This document shows, in pieces, positions 30,372-40,529 of a stretch of 64,000 nt of DNA. A model generated the notes under the pieces. The model was not told the DNA's origin. It did no database searches and saw only the letters and a program-made list of their open reading frames with translations. Position numbers and translations under genes: made by a program. The stretch's first letter is position 1. Each line of letters begins with the position of its first letter. The stretch comes from an uncultured delta proteobacterium (GTDB lineage: Bacteria > Desulfobacterota > Syntrophia > Syntrophales > UBA2185), in assembly GCA_963729715.1 (NCBI GenBank), contig CAVSPA010000005.1, forward strand, positions 448,001 to 512,000, given 5' to 3'.

Positions 30372-31517
30372 TCACTTTTCCTTAACGAACATCAGCAATA
30401 TGGTGGCAACGAGGGTGAGAGCGAAGGAAAGATAAAGGGGCGCAAATATGTTGATCTGGTCCCAGAGCAGTCCGGCAACCAAGGAGGCTGGGAGGGCGCA
30501 AAGACCTATGGCCATTTGAAAGACACCCAAGCCTGTGGCTCGATAGCGCTCCGGAGAGAGCTCCGAGACGAATGTTGTCTGGACCGTGTCCAGGATACCT
30601 TTGTGCAGACCATAGAGAACAAATGCCAAAACAATCACCACGTGACTGCTCGACAATATAAGACTGAGACAGACGGCTCCCCATGAGATAAATGCAAGTA
30701 TCATCAATGCCTTTCTCCCTATTCTGTCGGAAAGCTTGCCTGAGGGAATCGAAAAAATGGCAGCAGTGACAGTGAAAATCAGATAGAGGACAGGAACGAA
30801 GGCGGTCGTAAATCCAAGATGGGTCGCATAGATCAGGAGAAATGAGTAGCTAAACGAACCCAGAGCAAAAATACAGCTTAGTGTAAGGAACAGGTTAAAA
30901 TTTGCATTTAGGTCGCGGAGTACAAAGCCGTGGAAGATCTTCGCTTCAGATGGTTCTGTCTCTTTTATATGATAAAAAATCAGGAGAGCACCCACAGCGG
31001 AAGGGATCGCTGCCAGGAGAAAAAGATTTCTGTAACCGAGCAATTGGTAAAATGCGATGCAAAATACAATGCCGCATACGGCGCCGAGGTTATCCATCGC
31101 TCTCAGCAGCCCGAAATGCCTGCCCCTGTTTTGATCCGTGGAGATATCTGCGACAATGGCGTCTCTGGGTGCTCCCCGCATCTTGCCCATCCTGTCGAAG
31201 ATCTTGAAGGGAATGATCTGCTGCCAGACTGTCGAAAATGCATAGCCGACTCTCGATATGGCGCCGAACAGATATCCTGTCCAGATAAATACCTTCCGCC
31301 TGTGTACGCGGTCGGAGACATAACCGGAGGCTGCCTTGGATATGGATACAAAGGCCTCGCCGAGCCCGTCGATGAGGCCGAGGACGGCCATATTGGCGCC
31401 GAGAACGGTTGTAATAAACATCGGCCAGATTGGATAAATAACGTCCGAACCGAAGTCATTGAGAAAAGACGCTATCGCAAATGTTCGGACGGTCTTTCTG
31501 GTTTCTTTTTGTTCCAT
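30372..31517 (-). CDS. MFS transporter
   Basis: About 12 TM helices; SG.VSDR..RRK, DRMGKMRGAPRDA, G.LSDRIGRK. Start moved to MEQKE. Confidence 0.9.
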   Translation of the reverse strand: MEQKETRKTVRTFAIASFLNDFGSDVIYPIWPMFITTVLGANMAVLGLIDGLGEAFVSISKAASGYVSDRVHRRKVFIWTGYLFGAISRVGYAFSTVWQQIIPFKIFDRMGKMRGAPRDAIVADISTDQNRGRHFGLLRAMDNLGAVCGIVFCIAFYQLLGYRNLFLLAAIPSAVGALLIFYHIKETEPSEAKIFHGFVLRDLNANFNLFLTLSCIFALGSFSYSFLLIYATHLGFTTAFVPVLYLIFTVTAAIFSIPSGKLSDRIGRKALMILAFISWGAVCLSLILSSSHVVIVLAFVLYGLHKGILDTVQTTFVSELSPERYRATGLGVFQMAIGLCALPASLVAGLLWDQINIFAPLYLSFALTLVATILLMFVKEK

Positions 31518-31733
31518 AAGATAATCCAGCAATACGGACGACCACTGACGCCTCTGCACCCTTCCGCGCGCCTTTACGGCGGGATTAATGACATAAACTC
31601 TGCGCCAATAAAAAATCCCTGTTCACCCCACGCGTGTGTATAGGGATGCAACGGGATTTGTTAAGATGATTCTGTTCATGCCATAAAGGATGGAAGAGGC
31701 AACGTAATCTCACGTGTCACACCCGGGCAGGTA

Positions 31734-32174
31734 TTATGGTTCTTCCGCCCGGTGGGATTTCAGGATATTATTCGCTATCTTTTCGTGGATAAGCTGCGAT
31801 GCCATGTTATTGCCTGACATACCGACGCGAATAGATACAGATGTCTGGCTTTTCGATAAGTATTCAACCATAATTTGTAATTTCTCCTCCTGCGCGACGG
31901 CGCTCATTGAACCCGAGGCTATCTTCAGATTCTTCTCCACGGAGGTTGCTTTCATATCCGCGAGCGTCTGCTCGCACGCCTTCCACACCTCGTCAAAAGG
32001 GTAGTTGTAATTCGTCGTCAAGGATCCATCTGTAAATATGAAATTGCCGGAGTTGACACCTATTGTCCTGTTGCCTACAGTTAATGAAGCGTCGCAGCCG
32101 GCGGTCAGGATTATGGACAAGAGCAATAACCACATGCAATGAGCCTTAGCGGCCGCAACAATCCCCGTTTTCAT
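31734..32174 (-). CDS. Lipoprotein, DUF3568-like
   Basis: Lipobox LTAGC; V..A....L..M and T.VSIRVG..G....S..IHE.I; RBS GAGGAGG. Confidence 0.7.
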   Translation of the reverse strand: MKTGIVAAAKAHCMWLLLLSIILTAGCDASLTVGNRTIGVNSGNFIFTDGSLTTNYNYPFDEVWKACEQTLADMKATSVEKNLKIASGSMSAVAQEEKLQIMVEYLSKSQTSVSIRVGMSGNNMASQLIHEKIANNILKSHRAEEP

Positions 32175-32321
32175 AGGTCGTTTTACCTCCTCGAGAGACT
32201 TCCGTTTACATGCATGGGATATCGCCCTGCATAGGAAAATGTATTCTAAAAATATGGCTTTCAACACGTTCATATTAGGATAATGCGGAAGGACTGTCAA
32301 CGTGATTTCGGGGGCCGAAGC

Positions 32322-33161
32322 CTAAAAATAATAGTACGCAGCCTGAAGGACGGCCCACAATAAGATTATGGCAGTTGACAGAATGCAAGCCGCAGCGACA
32401 ACCCGATAGAAATAGGTTTCGCCTCTCTGTTCATTATACTTCATCAGGAAACCAAGCGTAATTCCCGAAATCAAACCTCCGCCATGTGCCCAGTTGTTGA
32501 TGCCGGGTACGAGGAGGCCGAATATGACAAGCCCGACAACCCATCCCATGGCCTGCCTATAAATGACTTCCCCATAAAAGCCGCCTCTGCTTTTTCCGTA
32601 ATAGAGAATAGCACCGATGAGGCCGCAGATGCAGGCTGAGGCGCCAATAGTGAAGGGAATGCCGGCCAGATAAGAAATGAAAAACCCGGCAACGCCTGCC
32701 AGCAGATAGATTATAACAAAGCGATTGAACCCGAATTCGCGCAGTACGAATGGTCCGAGCTGTCCCAGGGCGGCCATGTTGAAGAAGATATGAAGGATGC
32801 CGCCATGAAGGAACGAAGCCGCAATCAGTGTCCACCAGCGACCATATCCGGCTATAGGGATGGTTCCCGTTGCGCCGAGAATGAAGAGGCTCCTGTCTGA
32901 GGGAGACAGGAAGGTCAGCGGGTTAGCGGACAGGCCCAGGGTAGACGGGCTTAAAATAATCGATAGGAGATATAAAGCGGCGTTGATATAAATAATGAGC
33001 TTAACGGCATTCATCGAAGCCGCTGAAAATCTGCCCAGCAAATGGGTCTTAAGCAGCGAACCGGGTTTCGACAGACCGCAGTATGGACAGGTGGGTTCAT
33101 CCGAACTGATCAGCTTTCGGCAATTCGGGCAAAGCATCGATTTTTTTTCTCTCATGGACAT
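32322..33161 (-). CDS. Rhomboid-family intramembrane serine protease with N-terminal zinc ribbon
   Basis: CPNC...CPYC; FLHGG.LHI.FNM; GAS; NWAHGGG. Confidence 0.92.
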   Translation of the reverse strand: MSMREKKSMLCPNCRKLISSDEPTCPYCGLSKPGSLLKTHLLGRFSAASMNAVKLIIYINAALYLLSIILSPSTLGLSANPLTFLSPSDRSLFILGATGTIPIAGYGRWWTLIAASFLHGGILHIFFNMAALGQLGPFVLREFGFNRFVIIYLLAGVAGFFISYLAGIPFTIGASACICGLIGAILYYGKSRGGFYGEVIYRQAMGWVVGLVIFGLLVPGINNWAHGGGLISGITLGFLMKYNEQRGETYFYRVVAAACILSTAIILLWAVLQAAYYYF

Positions 33162-33548
33162 ATAATAACCTTAAAGGACCTTATCAATATAGGAATTGCC
33201 GTATGGGCGCTGATAGGGGTTGTGAGATCGGAAGAGTTCTATAAGGCGTATTCATGCTTTACACTTTTTTTGAAGCGGGCCGCTAACCGCCGTGTGCCGC
33301 TATGTGTCGTCTTAGGCAGGGCAGGTAAACGATGTTTAGTTTTTTTGTTTTATATCATGTCAGTATCGAGGACGGCAAGCAGGATTTCCTGTTGCTCTGC
33401 CATTCTTTGCCGTACCCCTTTTGTCTTGACACACCATCCAGAGTCAGATATTTTTTAATTGACACTGCCGGAAACTCCTGTTTTTCAGGGGACAGATCAG
33501 GGTTGCTATGCCATTTACGAACTATGAGACAAAGGAAGCTGTGTCACT

Positions 33549-34232
33549 ATGGACATAGATATATGGGCGGAAGAATTATTGAAGGATGTTTGTGAAAAGT
33601 GGGAGACTCCTGAGTACAAATACCCATTCAAGAACTGTGGTTTTCGGGTCTTTTGCTCTCCCGTTCGTTTTAGTCCGGAGCTGATGATCATAGGGTACAA
33701 TCCCGATAAGGATGACAAGCCCTTTTCCAAAGAAGATGACTGTGAGATCCCGGAAGTTCACGAATATTTATATCACAATTCCGGGATAGCAAAGAAGATG
33801 AAATACCTCTTTGAGAGCATTGAGAAAGAAGACTGGCTCACGGATAGCGTCAAACTGAATCTGGTTTTCTTCAGCAGTGAAAACGAGGCTCAATGGGAAA
33901 CTATTGATCGGGAGCTCAGGGATGAACTCGAGACTTTCTGCTTCAAAAAGGTAAACGACATTATCGATACCTTGAAGCCCAGGTATATCATAACGGAAGG
34001 CCTCAAGGTTTTTAATATCCTGATAAATTCTGTGTTGATGGGATGCAGCAAACCGGAAATGAAAATTGGCGTGGGGGGAAGAAAAATATACGCCCGAAGC
34101 AGATATGACCATACGCAAATAATCGGTTTGGTTCATCTGATTAAAGATCGTATAAGCTATCCCGACTGGAACGATATGAAGAAATATCTGAAGATTGATT
34201 TGAAAGACTTGAACGAGACACATCTTCACTGA
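33549..34232 (+). CDS. Hypothetical protein, possible uracil-DNA glycosylase-like fold
   Basis: LMIIGYNP, KLNLVFF.S, LKPRYIITEG and IIGLVH resemble the UDG-superfamily motif order. Confidence 0.55.
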   Translation: MDIDIWAEELLKDVCEKWETPEYKYPFKNCGFRVFCSPVRFSPELMIIGYNPDKDDKPFSKEDDCEIPEVHEYLYHNSGIAKKMKYLFESIEKEDWLTDSVKLNLVFFSSENEAQWETIDRELRDELETFCFKKVNDIIDTLKPRYIITEGLKVFNILINSVLMGCSKPEMKIGVGGRKIYARSRYDHTQIIGLVHLIKDRISYPDWNDMKKYLKIDLKDLNETHLH

Positions 34233-34474
34233 ACGGTTAATCCATAATCTCCCCCATGGCGAAGGGTACTTTGCTACAGGCACTTAATAATAGAAAGTGC
34301 AAAGCTGAAGGATTTGATCTAATCGAGATATCTGTTTCTTTCATCTAAATTCCTCCATTCTCTTATAGAGAAATAAGTCTTTTGCATATGAAAAATCCGT
34401 ATTATTCTTATATACAGATAATCCATGGTTCATTTAAAATGAAATCTCATTCATGTATCTGTTCCGGGGGCATT

Positions 34475-35059
34475 ATGAAAACATTTGCGGTGGTCATTGC
34501 GTTGGCATTCGTGATTCTGTGTTTCCCCAATTATGGCACGGCACAGCAAAAGGAGAAAACCAAGATGAAAGAAGAGAGCATAACTATGGAGAAACCAAAG
34601 GCGTTGGACTGGATGCATTTTAAGAAGCCTGACGATGCAACCTTGAGGAAGATGTTGACTCCTCTTCAATACAAGGTAACGCAGAAGGAAGGGACCGAGC
34701 CGCCATTTCAAAACGAATATGACAGTAACAAGAGGGAAGGCATCTATGTGGATATCGTTTCCGGAGAGCCGCTGTTCAGTTCGAAGGACAAATTTGACTC
34801 GGGAACGGGCTGGCCAAGCTTCACAAGGCCTCTTGCTCCGGAGAATATTGTGCCCCGCGAAGACAGAGGGTTTTTTATGGTTCGCACGGAGGTGAGAAGC
34901 AAACACGGCGATTCTCATCTTGGGCATGTATTTCCTGATGGGCCGCAACCGACGGGGCTCAGGTATTGCATGAATTCCGCCGCCATGAGATTCATACCGA
35001 AGGAAGACCTGGAAAAAGACGGATACGGGGAGTACAAGAAACTCTTTCAGACAAAATAG
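34475..35059 (+). CDS. msrB: Exported peptide-methionine (R)-S-oxide reductase MsrB
   Basis: Signal peptide; [38 protein letters not shown]. Confidence 0.95.
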   Translation: MKTFAVVIALAFVILCFPNYGTAQQKEKTKMKEESITMEKPKALDWMHFKKPDDATLRKMLTPLQYKVTQKEGTEPPFQNEYDSNKREGIYVDIVSGEPLFSSKDKFDSGTGWPSFTRPLAPENIVPREDRGFFMVRTEVRSKHGDSHLGHVFPDGPQPTGLRYCMNSAAMRFIPKEDLEKDGYGEYKKLFQTK

Positions 35060-35119
35060 AATAATAAGCATACTCAAATTGCAACCGATCATTGGAGAAC
35101 GCAGCGAAGGAGAGATGCC

Positions 35120-35743
35120 GTGAAGATACAGATGATAATAGGTCTCCTGTCATTAAGCATAATGATGATGACAGCTTCCGTCCTGGCAAAAGACAGCGAT
35201 AAGAAGGCCCCGGCTCCCAGTCTCGAAAAGGCGGCCTTCGCCGGCGGCTGCTTCTGGTGCATGGAGACGGAGTTTGACAAACTGGAAGGCGTCAAAGCAG
35301 TCATTTCGGGTTACACAGGAGGGCATAAAAAAAATCCCACGTATGAAGAGGTGTCCTCAGGTGTGACGGGCCATGCCGAATCGATAGAGGTGACATACGA
35401 TCCGGCAGTAATCAATTACTCCAAACTGCTCGACGTCTTCTGGCACAATATAGACCCCACAGTCAAAGACAGGCAGTTTTGCGATGTCGGAGCACAATAC
35501 CGCACGGCGATCTGGTATTACAGTGAGGAACAGAGACGCCTTGCCGAGGATTCGAAAAAAGCCCTCGAGAAGTCACATCGGTTTAAAGGGCCTATCTATA
35601 CTGAAATAACGAAGGCTACGCAGTTTTATCCGGCAGAGGACTATCACCAGAAATATTACCAGAAGAACCCCCTGCGATATAAGTTCTACCGTTACAATTG
35701 CGGCCGTGACCAGCGTCTGAAAGAGCTTTGGGGAAATCCTTGA
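35120..35743 (+). CDS. msrA: Exported peptide-methionine (S)-S-oxide reductase MsrA
   Basis: Signal peptide (SVLA|K); GGCFWC, GYTGG, PTYEEV, GHAE, AEDYHQ.YY. Confidence 0.95.
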   Translation: MKIQMIIGLLSLSIMMMTASVLAKDSDKKAPAPSLEKAAFAGGCFWCMETEFDKLEGVKAVISGYTGGHKKNPTYEEVSSGVTGHAESIEVTYDPAVINYSKLLDVFWHNIDPTVKDRQFCDVGAQYRTAIWYYSEEQRRLAEDSKKALEKSHRFKGPIYTEITKATQFYPAEDYHQKYYQKNPLRYKFYRYNCGRDQRLKELWGNP

Positions 35744-35878
35744 CGCGGGCCTCTTGCGAAAATCTAAACAAAAAAAGATTTTTGAAAAAAGCGGATGCGC
35801 CGTGTTATATTGTGACTGAGCGTTGACATCGAAGGACATCAGGGACGCCAATTAAGATTACACGAAAGCGGAACATTT

Positions 35879-36838
35879 ATGAACGCTTTTGAAGAAAAGA
35901 TCGCCCGGCATGGGCACAGGGGGCTCTTGAGCGAGGAGATTGAAGTCCTGCAAGTAAACGTGGGGCTAAAATGCAACCAGCAATGCCTCCACTGCCACCT
36001 GGAGGCCTCTCCGGCGCGAGTGGAGATGATGGAATGGCCCGTCATGGAACTTGTCCTGAAAGCGGCAGATAGTTCCCGCTGCCGGCTTGTTGACCTTACA
36101 GGCGGAGCCCCGGAGCTTAATTCTCATTTCCGGCCCTTTGTGAAGGCCCTCAGGGAGAGGAACCATAACGTACAGGTGCGAACCAACCTGACCGTGCTTC
36201 TTCAGAGCGGAATGGAAGATGTGCCTGATTTCTTCCGCGAGCACCGTGTTCAACTCGTGGCTTCCCTGCCGTGCTACACGGAAGAGAACGTATCCGTTCA
36301 GCGGGGAAGCGGAGTCTATGAGAGGAGTATCGAAGCCATCCGGCGGCTGAATGCCCTCGGCTACGGCACGGATTCTTCCTTAGTCCTCAACCTTGTGTAT
36401 AATCCGGGAGGACCATACCTGCCGCCGCCCCAGCTTGACCTTGAGGAAGACTACCGGCACGAACTGCGGGACCGTTTTGGAATCGCTTTCACCAATCTTT
36501 TAACCATAACGAACATGGCCCTCGGACGCTTCCGGAAAGAACTCGCCCGGCAGGAGCAGGGCGAAACTTATAGGCGGCTCCTGCGGAACTCATTCAATCA
36601 GGAAACACTGCCCGGGTTAATGTGCAGGCACCAGATCAGCGTCGGCTGGGACGGAACCCTTTATGACTGCGATTTTAATCTGGCCCTCGGCCTGCAGGTG
36701 AACCACGGCGCTCCTGACAATATCCATTCCTTTGACCCTTCTTGCCTGTGGAAGCGCAGGATCGTGACAGGAGAACACTGCTTTGCGTGCACGGCAGGTG
36801 CCGGCTCGTCCTGCGGCGGGTCAATCATATTCAGTTAA
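35879..36838 (+). CDS. arsS: ArsS-family radical SAM protein (arsenosugar biosynthesis type, DUF3641 C-terminus), Cys form
   Basis: LQVNVG.KCNQQCLHCH, DLTGGAPE, ASLPCY, MCR..ISV.WDG..YDCDFN, HCFACTAGAGSSCGG. Confidence 0.85.
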   Translation: MNAFEEKIARHGHRGLLSEEIEVLQVNVGLKCNQQCLHCHLEASPARVEMMEWPVMELVLKAADSSRCRLVDLTGGAPELNSHFRPFVKALRERNHNVQVRTNLTVLLQSGMEDVPDFFREHRVQLVASLPCYTEENVSVQRGSGVYERSIEAIRRLNALGYGTDSSLVLNLVYNPGGPYLPPPQLDLEEDYRHELRDRFGIAFTNLLTITNMALGRFRKELARQEQGETYRRLLRNSFNQETLPGLMCRHQISVGWDGTLYDCDFNLALGLQVNHGAPDNIHSFDPSCLWKRRIVTGEHCFACTAGAGSSCGGSIIFS

Positions 36839-36873
36839 GACATACATAAGACTTTTTTGAGAAAGACGATCTC

Positions 36874-37572
36874 ATGGGCAACGGTACCGCGCAATCAACG
36901 ACATCGAGGAAAGTTGCTGCAATAAAGGCCGTTGCGCTCCTCGTATTTATAGCTGCGGCTATCTATGTAGTCCGTTTCACGCATGTCAAAGACCTGCTCA
37001 CAGGGGATGTCCTGGGCCATTTTCTTGAGACTGCGGGTTTTGGGGCTCCCGTAGTATTCATGCTGATATATACTGCCGGTGTCTGCTTTTTCGTTCCTGG
37101 GACACTGCTCACCGTTCTGGGAGCGGCCATTTTCGGGCCTTACTGGGGATTCCTCTATGTCTGGATGGGAGCCATGGCCGGAGCGACTGTCGCCTTCTGG
37201 ATAGGACGAACACTGGGACGGGACTTTGCCGCTTCCCTGATCGGCGAGCGTCTGAAAAAATATGACGCTGCCATTGAGCGTAATGGTTTTGCCACGGTCC
37301 TTTATCTGCGCCTGGTATACTTCCCCTTTACTCCGATGAATTTCGGGATGGGTTTGACGAAGGTCCGCTTCCGCGACTACTTCTTTGCGACCGGTCTCGG
37401 TATCATCGTCGGGACGTTCATATTTACATTTTTCGTCGGCACCATAAAAGATGTGTGGGCGAGCGGAGACTGGAGCCGGCTCTTGTCCTTCCAGGTATTT
37501 TTCTCCATCGGGCTCTTCGTTTTTTCATTCTTTATACCGAAGATCATAAAAAAGATCCGGAAGGAAAAGTGA
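36874..37572 (+). CDS. TVP38/TMEM64 (DedA/VTT) family membrane protein
   Basis: PGT.LT..G...FG, GA..AF..GR.LGR, LRL...PF...N..GLT.V.F.DY. Confidence 0.9.
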   Translation: MGNGTAQSTTSRKVAAIKAVALLVFIAAAIYVVRFTHVKDLLTGDVLGHFLETAGFGAPVVFMLIYTAGVCFFVPGTLLTVLGAAIFGPYWGFLYVWMGAMAGATVAFWIGRTLGRDFAASLIGERLKKYDAAIERNGFATVLYLRLVYFPFTPMNFGMGLTKVRFRDYFFATGLGIIVGTFIFTFFVGTIKDVWASGDWSRLLSFQVFFSIGLFVFSFFIPKIIKKIRKEK

Positions 37573-37608
37573 GTCTCAAGGCACATTGTTTCTGAAGGAG
37601 AGGAGGAC

Positions 37609-39072
37609 ATGGAAGGTTTTGATTACGACCTCGGAATCATAGGCGGGGGTGCAGCGGGACTGACGGCCGCGGCCGGGGGCGCACAGTTCGGAGCCAAGAC
37701 GATACTGATTGAGAAATCAGACAGGCTCGGCGGTGATTGCTTGCATTACGGTTGCGTCCCTTCGAAAACACTGATCAGAACAGCCAGCGTGTGGTCCCTC
37801 GCGAAGAGGTCATCTGAATTCGGGTTGCCGGCGCTCTCCCTGCCTCATGTAGATCTTGTGCCTGTCATGAACCGTGTGAGAGAGGTCATAGCCAAAATCC
37901 AGCATCATGACTCCGTGGAGAGATTCTGCGGCCTGGGGGCGGAGGTCCGGTTTGGCCGGCCCGTCTTTGCGGACGATCATGTGGTTGCCCTGGACGGGAA
38001 GCGGATCGCGGCGAAGACCTGGATCATCGCGACAGGCTCAGGCCCCGTCGTTCCTCCCATAGAAGGCCTCGCTGGTGTCCCTTACTGGACTAACGAAACT
38101 GTTTTTTCACAGGAAACACTCCCTTCCCGTCTGATTGTTCTGGGGGGCGGACCCATCGGATTGGAAATAGCCCAGGCCTTCGGACGTTTGGGATCACAGG
38201 TGATCATCGTCGAATTTCTGGACCAGATCCTGGGGCCTGAGGATGCGGATATGGCCGCGGTTCTGAGGGCGCGTTTGGAAGGAGAAGGATTGGAGATCCA
38301 CACAGGGACAAAGGCAGTTCGGGCGGAATCCCGCGGTTCCAAGATTCTCTTGACTACCGCACCCGCAAGCAGTGCAGGGGAAGAGAAAGTCATTGAAGGA
38401 GACGCAATCGTCGTGGCGACGGGCCGGGCGGCTAATGTGGGCGGTTTGGGCCTGGAGGCGGCCGGTGTCGCGTTCACCGCGAGAGGTATCCCCACGGACG
38501 CACGGATAAGGACCAATGTGCACCACATATATGCCTGCGGCGATGTAAATGGCCAGTTGCCCTTCACGCATGTTGCGGGATATGAGGCCGGCATTGCGCT
38601 GACCAATTCAGTTCTCCACCTCCCCCGTAAGGCAGATTATGGTCGGATTGGATGGTGCACCTATACAGACCCGGAAGTGGCCAGTGTCGGGCTCAACGAG
38701 AAACGCGCACGGAAGGAGGGAGTTGACTATCAGATCTTCGAGGAACTTTTCGTGGATAATGACCGCGCCCTCGCTGAGGGGGAGACTCTGGGCAAGATCA
38801 AGATTCTTCTCAATCCTAAGGGAAAGCTGCTGGGCTGTCAGATCATCGGCAGCCACGCCGGGGAACTCATCCACGAATGGGTCGTTGCCATGGCGGGTAA
38901 TGTCAAGCTCTCCACAATCGCCGGCGCCGTTCATATTTATCCGACCTTGTCGGAGATATCCAAGCGCGCTGCCGCTCAGTTCTTTTCCGGCAAAATTTTC
39001 AGCGATACAACGAAGAAAATTCTGCGCTTTCTCTTCAGTCTCAAAGGAAGGGCATGCACACCGCAGTCCTGA
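37609..39072 (+). CDS. FAD-dependent pyridine nucleotide-disulfide oxidoreductase (LpdA/MerA-like family)
   Basis: GGGAAG, GGDCLHYGCVPSK redox disulfide, GGGPIGLE, YACGD, TDPEVA, HIYPT; no C-terminal Cys-Cys. Confidence 0.9.
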   Translation: MEGFDYDLGIIGGGAAGLTAAAGGAQFGAKTILIEKSDRLGGDCLHYGCVPSKTLIRTASVWSLAKRSSEFGLPALSLPHVDLVPVMNRVREVIAKIQHHDSVERFCGLGAEVRFGRPVFADDHVVALDGKRIAAKTWIIATGSGPVVPPIEGLAGVPYWTNETVFSQETLPSRLIVLGGGPIGLEIAQAFGRLGSQVIIVEFLDQILGPEDADMAAVLRARLEGEGLEIHTGTKAVRAESRGSKILLTTAPASSAGEEKVIEGDAIVVATGRAANVGGLGLEAAGVAFTARGIPTDARIRTNVHHIYACGDVNGQLPFTHVAGYEAGIALTNSVLHLPRKADYGRIGWCTYTDPEVASVGLNEKRARKEGVDYQIFEELFVDNDRALAEGETLGKIKILLNPKGKLLGCQIIGSHAGELIHEWVVAMAGNVKLSTIAGAVHIYPTLSEISKRAAAQFFSGKIFSDTTKKILRFLFSLKGRACTPQS

Positions 39073-39252
39073 ACTGCCGTCTGCAGTATAACGGACGGCA
39101 ATCTATTGCCAGCCTCAATAACCCTAATCGGCCAATGCAATTCTCCATGCCGATAAAACGTTGACCATAAAGCCTAAGAGTGTTACACATCGCCCGGGGA
39201 AAAGGACGGCGCAAAACCTTTCCACTTCAGTAATTCCCGACGAAATGAGCTG

Positions 39253-39888
39253 ATGATCCGGGCACAAAATACGATGCATAAATTATTTCTGTTTGATTTT
39301 GACGGTGTCCTCGTCGATTCCCTCGCAGTGTATGAACGCAGGGTAAGGCTTTGCCTGGAAAAAATGGGCAATCCCGCCGTACAGAGCCGGGACGATTTCT
39401 TAGCCTTGTTCGACGATAATTTTTATGAGGGCATAATAAAAAAGGGCATAGACCTTGCGGCATTTATGAATGCGTCGCGATCCATGCCCACTGAGTACGA
39501 CTGTGATCAGATGGCGCCTTTTGCGCCGCTCTTGCCAATCCTCATGGAACTGAAAAAGGAAAATATTCTTACCGTTATCTCTTCAAATGTCTCGAGGGTG
39601 ATTAATAACATACTCTCCAGGCACGGGTTTGACGGCTGTTTCAGGGATGTTCTGGGAGCCGACTTCAGTTACAGCAAGATAGAAAAAATCCACCACGCCG
39701 TGGATTCTTTTCAGGTAGGAAAGGATAGAACATACTACATCGGCGATACTACGGGAGACATAAAAGAGGCGCGGCTGGCAGGGGTAAAAACCATCGCCGT
39801 GACCTGGGGCTGGCACTCCAAAGAAAAGCTCGAGACGGTCAGGCCTGATTATCTCATTGAAACTGTCGATGACTTGCTTATGATTTGA
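39253..39888 (+). CDS. HAD-family hydrolase (phosphoglycolate phosphatase-like)
   Basis: FDFDGVLVDS, SSN, K, YIGDT.GD, VTWGW. Confidence 0.9.
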   Translation: MIRAQNTMHKLFLFDFDGVLVDSLAVYERRVRLCLEKMGNPAVQSRDDFLALFDDNFYEGIIKKGIDLAAFMNASRSMPTEYDCDQMAPFAPLLPILMELKKENILTVISSNVSRVINNILSRHGFDGCFRDVLGADFSYSKIEKIHHAVDSFQVGKDRTYYIGDTTGDIKEARLAGVKTIAVTWGWHSKEKLETVRPDYLIETVDDLLMI

Positions 39889-39964
39889 TTTCAGATAGAG
39901 CCCAGAAGAATTTTCCTTTTGTCATGGCGAACGCAGTGGTGCAACGACAGAAAAAATAATAGTC

Positions 39965-40456
39965 TTACAGGTCATAAAGGGTTCCATCAATCCTGGGTTT
40001 TGGTTTGCTGATTCCCTTCTTCCGTTTCTCTCCGAAGATTAGAGGCTCCTCGCCTTCCAGTAGATCCCCCATCTCGGCTTCTATTTTTTCCGGGTCTTCC
40101 CCCCTTTCCATGCGGCTCAGGGCCTCTTCCATCCCCGGTCCGAGATTCATTCCGGTGGCATCGGAAAGTTTCCTCATCAGCATGGCTGCCTGGCGGGGAT
40201 CGTCCTCATTAAGCTTGTCCGCTTCTCCGGCCAGCATCGCCATTGCCTTTTCTATCTTCGCTTCATCCATGGGAGGCATTCCGTCATCGGCTGCTTCATC
40301 TTGTCTTCCGGATACTCTGGCAAAAATCGACATCTGACGCTTTAATTTAACTCTCTTACACTTCGGGCACATGGGGGCCTTTTCGGTGTTTATGGTTTTT
40401 GAGTAAAAGCTGTAGATCGTATTACACCTGCGGCAGTAAAACTCGTAGATCGGCAT
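39965..40456 (-). CDS. FmdB-family zinc-ribbon protein
   Basis: MPIYEFYCRRC...CPKC. Confidence 0.85.
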   Translation of the reverse strand: MPIYEFYCRRCNTIYSFYSKTINTEKAPMCPKCKRVKLKRQMSIFARVSGRQDEAADDGMPPMDEAKIEKAMAMLAGEADKLNEDDPRQAAMLMRKLSDATGMNLGPGMEEALSRMERGEDPEKIEAEMGDLLEGEEPLIFGEKRKKGISKPKPRIDGTLYDL

Positions 40457-40529
40457 TACATCCTACCTCTTCAATAATCTCTCTTTCATAGTTTAATAAT
40501 CTCACCATTAAAATCAAGGGAGTTTTTTG

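Noticed and set aside
36800..36838. Selenoprotein form of ArsS
   Set aside because: The SSCGG motif uses TGC and the gene ends in TAA.
37609..39072. Mercuric reductase MerA near hgcAB
   Set aside because: Has the CxxxxC disulfide but lacks the C-terminal Cys-Cys pair and NmerA domain, has an LpdA-like HxxPT motif, and no merR/T/P genes are present.
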